A stretch of 64,000 nucleotides of DNA from Fimbriosthenelais zetlandica (lineage: Eukaryota): assembly GCA_977030845.1 (NCBI GenBank), contig OZ365109.1, forward strand, positions 56,234,001 through 56,298,000, given 5' to 3'. Below are positions 1-9,205 of the stretch, in pieces; the stretch's first letter is position 1; every line of letters begins with the position of its first letter. The notes under the pieces were generated by a model. That model searched no databases. It saw only the letters and a program-made list of their open reading frames with translations, and had not been told where the DNA came from. A program made the translations under genes and the position numbers.

Positions 1-399
1 TCCAGTGCCCATTTGTCAATTTAAATCCCCATATATCTAAACCCTTTCTTGCTAGAAAGGGGTCAAAGCCCCTTACCACCCTAACCCGAAGACATGCTTT
101 TCAGGGTTAAAACCCAAACATTATTCCATGGTGGATTTATTTTGCATTTTTCACAATTCAAGGCGGTGCTTTTTATTCATGAAAATCATTGTATTCATGG
201 ACATTTGCCGGATTTGTGTTGGTGTAGGTAGATGGGATTTAGTCACCCCCTGAATCCATGTTTAACCCAGTGTAAGGGACTTCCACTTTTGGTCTCCGAC
301 TAAAGCCCAGGCTGGATCACAGCTGTCTGTAAACACATGCATCAATGTCCTCTTTCATTAAACACCTCATTTTGTGGCCAGGGAAAAGGGACCTTAGAG

Positions 400-860
400 A
401 GGGAAGGAGGTGAAATGGCACCAATACGGTGGCTGGTGTTATATAGGCAGCGAGAGATGGGGAGAGAGGGACTGAAAGAGAGATGGAGTGAGGGAGAAAG
501 AAGGAAGAGATGGAGGGACAGGAGAGAAGGAGACGGAGTAAGGGAGAGAGCTAGGAGATGAAGGGATGGAGAGGGAATATAGGTACCCACATACAAAAGA
601 GCAAGGAGAAAGGGAGAGGTGAAATAGGAAAAATGGAGGAAAGACAGCATTAAAGGTATAGGAATGGAGAAGAGAGACGGCCAAGACTGAGAGACAGGAA
701 CAAAAGGGTCCTGCAAGAAAAGAGAATGAAGATAATCAAAGACAGGTAGGAGGAAGGAAGAGGGAAAGAAGGGAGAATGAGTGAGAGAAGAGAGGAAAGG
801 AAGGGGTGTTTTGGGATGGTTGGAGAAAAAAAGGAAAAGAAAGATATGTTAATGGAAGAC
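400..860 (+). repeat. Purine-rich (GA) low-complexity tract
   Basis: Almost entirely A/G on the plus strand with no fixed period. It accounts for ORFs 337-561, 342-716, 439-684 and 650-874. Confidence 0.9.
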
Positions 861-3388
861 GTCCATAGCAACATCCCTCATGTGTCTACCGACTTTCTGA
901 ATGTAATGCATAATCATGAAAGAGGTGGGTTTAAAATCGATAGAGATGGATGGACTGAAAGCCTCTTACAGGCCCTCTAGGCTTATGTTGTCAAGAAGCA
1001 CAACCCTCTTCCATTAAATAGCGCTCATTTATTTAAAAATATATATTGTATAATATAATATGTATACAATTTGGCATCATATAGATAGGGTGTTAGCTCG
1101 AGTCTCAAAAACAAAATTAAAAAAGCTGGGCTTTGGCTTTTGTATGACATTCTATGACGTCCCTCTTATGAAACAGAAATACATGTATACCATTTGTGTA
1201 TACGGGTAATTTTCATACACTTTTAAACACAAAACTTGACTTCTTATTTTGCTATTTTGGTTCTTTTTTGGCAATAGGGTTTGACTATAAGTTTGCTTCT
1301 AAATGTTCTATATTTCATCCTGTAGATCCTTTCAGAACACCATTGAAACTGATTTGTAAAAGTTGTGACCAATTTTGGTCTATGTTCAGCCATACATGGC
1401 TAGCTATAACCATCAGTCAAATTAAGGAGGGAAAGTCAGCAAGCAACCCTACTAGACATTACCTCATCTCCGAGGTAGAATAAAGCAACAGGAACCATGC
1501 ATTCCAGGACTATAAGTTGGGGAAATGATTCTTCTGGGGAGCATAGCTCCAGCCATACCAATGTACCACCTTCAAAATTGAGATTGGTAACGGCGAATCA
1601 TTTGACCGACACGAAGAGCGAAACAAGCTCTGGGCCGGTTTGAGTCGCGGATGGGGGCCCTTCATTGCCCTTCTGGTGGAAGCAAAACTATTTTTCCTGT
1701 CCTCAAGGCCTCCTCAAACAGGTGATCTGCCAGAGATTCATCTTGGTAAATCTCTGGTGGGGAGGGTGAGTGAAAGGCTGCATGGGCTGATGGAGATGTA
1801 ACATCAGGAAAGGATGTAACATGGGGATGGGTTGGTACACTGCAGTGAACATTGATCACCATCAGATATGTTGTTCTAGCCAGGTGTCGATGTCCATCCA
1901 TATTTCATTTTTTCTTCTCAGCGCTTAAGTATGCTAACCCTGGGACGTGATGAAAGAAGCCGGATATAATAAGACAAAGATTATTACTAAAGAAAATTCA
2001 AGACACTCCCTAAGAGTGTATATCTATTATGGTCACAGACACTTGGTTGAAACAACAAATCTCAAGCAAGCCTAAACTATAGCATAGGCCTAAACTGTGC
2101 TGTACTGAGATGGAGATCGATTTGCTGCAATGGAGATAGATCTGCTGCAATAATGGGAATTGCAGTAAATTAGTTAGACTTGAATGAATCGAAGAGAAAA
2201 TACTTGAATTGTTTCCCAATGACTGACGACAGTTCATTTTCATCCTGTCGGATTCCTCCCAAGGAACTCGTTCTGCATTCACATTTTGTAACTTAGTTGT
2301 CAAAGGTCATCAAAGAAATAGTCAAAGTATTATTCTGCTGAATTGGTAGGAAAATTGAGTGATAATATCATTTAAAGCCAATGTCCGCGCAATAAAATGA
2401 CTTGTCACTTCAGGGAAGATTCCATGTGTTAAATTCACAGCCATTTTGTATCATTTTACCAAGTAAAAGCTCCGACATTCCCCCAATTAGAGTGGGAAAT
2501 TGAGCAATGAGTCAGATAAACGAAATCAGGTTGGTTATTCTCAAGAGCTGATGACAAAAGGCGAGTTCGTTATCAAATAGAGAACTCATTATGGAGTATG
2601 ATGGAAAAGCGGGACGGCAGCGCTTCCAGTCAGAATTATTCAATCATCTCTTCTCTAAAGGACATTTTCCGGCTCTCTTCTCCTCTGGCATAAGGGGCGG
2701 CAGAAGTTGGCATGAGTGAATCACTGGGGGAGGTTTGGATGGGGGTGTTGGAGGAGGGGGGGGGGGGGGGTATGGGAAGATCCGTGGACCAAGTAACAAC
2801 ATGATTCATTACACATGACAATATGTTTCCATGCCATAAATGACCTCGTACACATCGGGCTCATTCGAATATCGATTGGGTATTGATCGGTTCAAAACCT
2901 GGGGTTATCCTGAAAATAATCTGATACGATAAGGACACCGATTGTCATTGACTTTATTGTTGAAAATGAAGACTGTTGGTTGGTTAATTGACAGGCAGTC
3001 GAATGGGAATTGGCTGCGTGATTTAAGCCAAAAGGAGCTGAATAAAAATGGCATAGGTAAAGATCTGTCTTTTGGAGGTCATTAGTGAGAAGTACATGCA
3101 TATACCTCAATGTCATTAATGTGACCACTCGAGAAATCTTATGTTAGAATAAGTTGGGAATAAGGAGAATTCTTGTTTATGTAGATGGCAAAACAATTAA
3201 AAACGTTTCCGCCTGCTTTGTTCTCTGCATAATAAAATGTGGATAATTGAACATAAATCTACATGTATATCCTAAGGACCATGAACCAGACTGATATATC
3301 TGAGCGCTTATTTGCTCTAAACAGCACACCATGGTAAAAGATGGGATCAGCAAAGTGATATATAGAACCATGGTTAAGTATACTGAAC

Positions 3389-3656
3389 TTGAATCTCCTA
3401 CAAGTTGGGCTAGTCTCCTACAGGTTGGTTCTGGTCTTTGCCAATTGGCGGTAGCTGCTTGTTAGAGAGACCTCGCGCAACTTGGGTCCAGTATCCTGCA
3501 GATCGGGTCTGGTCTCCTGGAGTTTAGAGTGTTTTCCTGCACTGCAGGCTGGGTCCAGTATCCGGCAGGTTGGGTCCCTGGTCTATAGTCTCATGGAGCT
3601 TAAATCTGGTCTGGTCTCCTCAAGATCTGATCCAAGTAGTCTCCTACATTTTGGGC
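3389..3656 (+). repeat. Degenerate 21-bp minisatellite (consensus about CAGATTGGGTCCAGTCTCCAG)
   Basis: Units include gggtccagtatcctgcagatc, gggtctggtctcctggagttt and gggtccagtatccggcaggtt. Same family as 24283-24387. Confidence 0.7.
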
Positions 3657-5258
3657 CACATTTTGTGACCACCATGTTCAAGAACAAAGCCTAAAAAATC
3701 GCCGCATATTTTTTAAAAGTAAATCTTTCTGTACATGAATTTTTAACGGAACTTTCAGGTCCCTTAGTCTATAGCTCTTGTGGCTCATCATGTGCAGAAA
3801 AATTCTTGTCAACAGAAATCCTGACAGCTGACTCCAACCCACGCTCCTAAAACCATCACAATTTATTGCTGCATTAAGGGAGGCACATTTTTCTTGCTCA
3901 AAACCACAACCTCTTGTCTTTAACAAAGAACATTGGTGGAATAACTCTCACATAAAAAAGAATCACTCATCACATGCATGTGAATAAGTGACGGTGGTCA
4001 GAGAACAGCGATATAGTGAAGTGGGAGAGAAGAGGAGGGCACTTCAATCACTTCCTGAAAAAACGTTTCGGGCTTGAATTTATGAGAAAATGGACCGATT
4101 TTTACTGTAGAAAGGAGGAGTAACTTTTTGAGAGTAGGCTACAACTTGCCCCAACGAACTGGAACTTTATTTCCCAAAAGCCAATTTCTTTAAACGTTTA
4201 CAATATACTATATATTAATTAATAGTAAATAAACTGAATGAGTGAGTACAACCTACCCAGGACTATGTTATTGAAGGATTATTTATAAACATATATTTTT
4301 TTTTCAGACATGGAAAAGAAAAAGAAGACTTCATATAAGAGTTAGGAATGGAGTGCCCCTGTTATCTTTCCCCCAGGTGTCTGTCTTGAAGCTAGTGCTA
4401 ACCCATTATGCAGTCAGCTTTCCATTATTACTTCCAGAATGAGAAGTTAACTTCTCGTTCTGGAAGAACTATAGTCTACCAGATCCCAGGTCTCTCCCTT
4501 GCAAGAACCTTGAGACCGCCTTTTGGCTAGCCTTACCGTGAACTCAACCGAGGTCCCTAGCTTTACAGTCGGTAGGTGTTTGATACCTTTCTCGTTACAA
4601 AACAGGCAAAATTCGCAAGACTTTTGACGGTTGGTCAGCGAGGGGAGGTCCGTCCAGCCAAATCAGCTCCTTTGCTTCTTGCATTTTTGAGGTGTTTTCT
4701 GTAAGCGAGTCTAAAGTCGCACAGGGCCATTCGATGCTATTGGCCTGAAAGCACTGTGTACAAGCCACTTATATCTCACCTTTACGACTTTAAACTCATT
4801 TAATGAAAACGGGTGACATATTGTTGGATGGAGGCTAGCAAACTTCATCATTGATCACTACATTAGTTTTAGCGCTTGGGCAAGTATACAAGCATACATG
4901 TGCTACAATGAAACACATTTCATTTCCATCACTATCTAAAATTTCTAACAGGGGACTCACCATCTCCATCCTTTTCCTCCTGCTTCCAATCATTCCTATA
5001 ATAATCTCCTCTTTGAATTCTCTCATGCCCTTCTCTGAGTTCTCCCAGTCACCCTGTCTTACTTAGCCACTCTCCCATTCACTATACCACCCTCACCCTC
5101 CCTTATACTTTCTCCTATACCATCTCTCCCATCCCCCATGTTCTCCACTGTCTCTTATATTCTCCCGAGCACACCATTTCCCTTTCCTCCAGCCATCTCT
5201 CCCCTCTGTCCTTAACCCTGTGTCTCATCCCCTCCGAACCTCATCATCTCCTTTCTAA

Positions 5259-5450
5259 TTGGGGTATGTTTCATAAAATATTTTCAATAATTTACTAATT
5301 TCTCGCATACCCTTATTTGGGGCAATTTTCATAAAATATTTCAGAATATTATCTGTCACCCTTTTGGGGACATTCTATCTACAACTATCACTTGCACCAT
5401 CACCATATCTCTTTCTGTGTTTGGGGCATGTTTCATAAAAATATTTCCAT
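5259..5450 (+). repeat. Degenerate internal tandem repeat of the 2.2-kb element (4 units, spacing 47-58 bp)
   Basis: Units begin TTGGGG at 5259, 5317, 5364 and 5421. Three continue as TTGGGG(T/C)A(T/A)(G/T)TTTCATAAAA(A)TATTT. Mirrored in copy 2 near 21165-21355. Confidence 0.7.
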
Positions 5451-5854
5451 ACCTACATACCCGCCCCCACCACACAGACACTCACCTCAGTAATTTCCAA
5501 TACCCATCACCCTATTCGTAGCGTTATTAAATATTTCTACCACTATTTCCCATCTGTCATCTTACACCCTCCAAACAAAATTTAAGTTTAAAATATAAAG
5601 AAATTTTTTTTTTTGGTGAGTTAGTCTTAGTCAACCGGATCCATTCACCCTGGCATATCAACCCTGGCAAGGCTACACACTTGATAACCAACTGATCACT
5701 GTGGCGAATCGCTCCATGGCCGTACACACATATGATCAGTGCAAGTGTTCCACCTCTACGGATTGAACGCGGGCCCACACAAATCATGCTATGATCAGAT
5801 CGTGGGGGACTTCACCAGTCTTTCACTTGAAACTTACAGACGGGACCACTACCA

Positions 5855-5943
5855 TGGCTGTTGTGGGGGTTCGAACCCACGAGTCTGTTAAAACTTACAT
5901 CAGACTACCAGCGCCCTTGACCACTGGGCCAACGAGAACAGCC
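5855..5943 (-). ncRNA. tRNA-Leu-like Pol III cassette, counterpart inside copy 1
   Basis: Reverse complement of 20671-20759 with a few substitutions. The acceptor stem, A box and B box (GGTTCGAACCC) are retained. Confidence 0.65.
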
Positions 5944-6142
5944 ATTAGAGGTAGTAAACCAAATGGTAATATTTCCAGAACCTCCCCAACCGCGGAGGTT
6001 GATTATTCTACTGACCAGACACATTAAGCTGATACATTCGGTAGTTTTTAAAAGTTTTAAATTATGAATTGATATTAAATATATTTTCCTTTTCACCGTC
6101 GCTTCTCATGTACCACAATTTGTTGAACACCAACAGATCCAA

Positions 6143-6217
6143 GCAGTCAGTGGCCGAATGGTTAAAGAGATGAACTCTCAATACGAGGGGCATGTCAAAC
6201 TAGCTTCGAGTCCTGCC
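6143..6217 (+). pseudogene. tRNA-Ser-derived cassette with downstream T-tract (counterpart 20397-20471, minus)
   Basis: GCAGTCAGTGGCCGAATGGTTAAAGAGATGAACT...GGGG...AGCTTCGAGTCCTGCC aligns by eye with animal tRNA-Ser (GTAGTCGTGGCCGAGTGGTTAAGGCGATGGACT...CAGGTTCGAATCCTGCC). The 3' acceptor strand is lost. T4 is at 6228-6231 and T7 at 6235-6241. Confidence 0.55.
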
Positions 6218-7200
6218 ATGTTCCGCGTTTTCGCTTTTTTTCCAACTGCTTATTTATTCTAACTCCCTTACTTGTATATTGTAAGGTGCCATTTAGAGTA
6301 GTACAAGAACATGGGTTCGAATCCCAACAAGGTCATAATTTTTCTCTTTCAAACCAAATCCCCTCTTCTAACTCCCAAGCACGTTTTTTCACCTAAAGTG
6401 AGCCCCAGACCAACATCTAATTCAGGTAATATATTTCGAGAGAAAAAACCTATGTCCTTACGTTTAGGCCTACTATGTTCATCTAGGTTAAAATCTCCTA
6501 TCAACATGATTTTGCTCATTAGTAAATAATTCATCTCCTCCATTAAACTATATATTCATAAGACTATAAAGTTATTCTGGAAGTGTTTGATGGGCCACAT
6601 CATCGGCCTTGTTTGTACATCAGTCTCGTTGACTTTATAGCGTGAAGTGTCAGAGCAGGTGACGATCCGTTGGGATTCCATGCCACTGACATGTTAACAC
6701 CGTAAAAAATGGCACCGCCGAGAGGATATCTGAAATAATTATGTGGGGCGGGTCCCCAGCAAGGCAGAGCCAAGGTCCCAGTTCACAAGGGCAATCCATT
6801 TATGGCGAACAAGCTCGCCAATAAGTGTAACGCCCCCAAGAAAGACACGGATGGAAAAGTGCAAATCTTGTTATCGGAGTGGGCTTTGTGCAGAGGGCTT
6901 TTGGTGAGGACTTTTTAGGGGGAGGAGGGAAATGGAAGATGCGTTATTAAAATTATTGGAGTTTTTCTGGTGATAAATATTGTGGGTAGGTGTGGTGATT
7001 GGAAGGATGTTGTCATATGATCGATCATTTCCGGGTGTAAATCACAAGCTCCCCTCACTAAAAGGTGATCTGTTCTGACCAAGCTGACCCTGGGTACTAC
7101 TTCTAGTGGCAGCATTTTCTATTCATTTATAATTCAATCTTTTATCTCCCTCTTAGATTACTTGTTATGTAGAGAGAGGTATGATCTCTTAATATTTTAA

Positions 7201-7413
7201 AGCGGCTCTATCACCTATCAACCTTTCATTGTAAGCTATACAGAATCAGTTCATCTTTGTTCCACTGCTGATTTTGGCAGCACCTTGCAATGTGAAGTGA
7301 ACTAAGCTGTAGGCATTACTCCCTGATCCTCAAACCAAATCAGGAACTAGGTCTAACTGATATAAGATTTTACTTTGGTGGGACGTTCTTCACAGAAGGG
7401 TGATAGAGTAGCT
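7201..7413. mobile_element. 213-bp MITE with TTAA TSD and AG...CT termini (Kolobok-like)
   Basis: TTAA|AGCGGCTCTATCACC (7197-7215) ... GGTGATAGAGTAGCT|TTAA (7399-7417). The 15-bp TIR has 2 mismatches and is flanked by a TTAA duplication. Confidence 0.7.
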
Positions 7414-9099
7414 TTAAATGAATGCTTTTGTAGAGGGTCAGTTCATGTAAATATACTATAGAGATTGTGGCAAGTCCAAGCGATCTAAAACGATGGACAC
7501 AAACCATGAATATATATTACCTTAGGGTATACTCAGCATATTGCGAGGATCTATAGTAAAATACACTGGATATATACGGTGGATATATTTTCAAATCATA
7601 TCAGTTGCTCCAGCATTATACCTCATCCGTTTATGGAGCATAAAATGTGAGCCACTCCAAAATATTAGAGTAGATCATTATGTACTCTTCTCTAAGGTTT
7701 CTATCAACTAATTACTTTACCTTTTCTTATTATAGGACCGAGTATAAAACCATTAGATAGCGATGCTTACCTTATTAAAAGGCAGACATGTACCCATAAA
7801 CAACTACGTGTATAAAAAATATAGGCTATAATATTAGACGTATACCAAACCAAGCTGTATAAATATGTTGAATAAAAAATAGGCCTATAGCCTATTATAA
7901 TAGGTAATTTTTATCAAATTACAAAACGCACACAAAAGAAATCTATTCACTGCAGGGAATACATGAAACCCGAGTTTTAATAAGAGTTCCCCAAGAACTT
8001 TTTCAAGCAGTAGTCCCTAAATTGGAATGGAAACAGGCCAATGGAAGCGACCACCAGCCTCCTTTCTTGATCCCTTCCTCCCTCCCATACCTAGACCCCT
8101 GAACCTGACCTTGACCCTTGGCCGTCACCATGGTTATGACCTTTATGTTAGTACATCAAGGCAACACCGGAAGTCCCGCCCATTCCATGCTTCCCTGTGC
8201 AAGCTCCCGACTTTCAGAGTCTACAGTTATTGGTGGGCATACAACATACGCTTTTCAATATCATATTGAGCTTATAAATGCCCTAATTATATACGGGCAT
8301 ACAGAATATTCTAGAATATAGGTATAGGTCTATTGCTATTTAGATTCTGTTTAGGCTGCTGGGACAATACATACAATACATGTAGGGAGCTGGGAGCAAA
8401 ATGTATCAACCCACATTGCTCATGAATTGGTTTATTGGGAAAATGTAAAATATAGTAGCCGGTACCGAGTCGTATCAGTGAAGTTCCGATCATTCTGATC
8501 AAGGAGTTCAACAATCAAAAGATGCTGAATAAGCATAGACTAATGATGCTAGTTTAGGCACATTCACTCTGAAAATACTTTTAGACAAGGCTTGCACTTT
8601 CAATTAGAGCTGTGTGATCAGTGTAATCAGCAAGACATATTATGTGTCATTATATTAGACTCAGATAGCACAGAGAGATAAAATAAATTCAGTCATCTCT
8701 CTACTTGCGAGTCTGCCATTCCTATGCATAGGCTATGAGGTAAGACAACTATGATGTAATGTTCATACCCAAGAGACTTGGATACCTGAAGGACATTAGT
8801 CATAACCTACAGGGGCCTGCACCCAATTTACAAGGGACGGAATACAATCTATAGGAGGCTGGGCCCAGTCTACAAGAGACAAATCAAGAGGCAAAAGAGC
8901 CTACAGTATCCTCTAGGAATATTCAATTGTCAACTGTGTCAATTGTCATCCAGTTTCACAAAACATGCAAATCTCTATGAAACATTAAAAGACAGTGTCA
9001 ATAATTAAAATCTCCAAAGTTAAGAGGTAGTGAACATTACAGAATACATTTGGACGTGTATTGATATTGATTATGTATAAATATTGATTGAGGACTTAC

Positions 9100-9205
9100 C
9101 GTGAGTTTTGGGGACCCACACTATTTGTATCGTAAGATGATGAAGCTGTGATGGCCCTGTCTGGAATCTTCCCGGAGTGCATGCCCAGCGACTCCCGGCA
9201 GTGTG
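9100..9205 (-). CDS. DDR: Internal coding exon of a discoidin domain receptor (DDR1/2-like receptor tyrosine kinase); start of the discoidin/F5-8 type C domain
   Basis: The minus strand reads tttcttcattttctctgacag|CA CAC TGC CGG GAG TCG CTG GGC ATG ... GTG GGT CCC CAA AAC TCA CG|gtaag. It has a polypyrimidine tract, AG acceptor (9206-9207) and GTAAG donor (9099-9095). Translation is HCRESLGMHSGKIPDRAITASSSYDTNSVGPQNS(R), matching the C..LGM..G.IPD..ITASS motif that opens discoidin domains. The phase-1/phase-2 boundaries and SVGPQ.xR tail fit DDR as I recall it. The neighbouring coding exons were not found in the window. Confidence 0.85.

Larger units (their letters stand above)
4424..6615 (+). 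mobile_element. ~2.2-kb non-autonomous Helentron/HINE-like element, copy 1
   Basis: Near-identical to the reverse complement of 19958-22174. The 5' end ATTATT is followed by a 36-bp palindrome (4431-4466, one mismatch). Subterminal inverted repeats are ACTTCCAGAAT (4430-4440) and ATTCTGGAAGT (6574-6584). A 3' stem-loop GGCC-acatcatc-GGCC (6593-6608) precedes the end ...CTTGTTT(G). There is no target-site duplication and there are internal degenerate tandem repeats. Confidence 0.75.

Noticed and set aside
4431-4466. Heat-shock element (TTC..GAA units)
   Set aside because: The nGAAn spacing is not continuous, and the palindrome is better explained as the element's 5' terminal hairpin.
5557-6543. 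ORFs duplicated in both copies of the 2.2-kb element
   Set aside because: They are short, overlap tRNA-like cassettes, and differ in stops and indels between copies. Their similarity reflects DNA duplication only.
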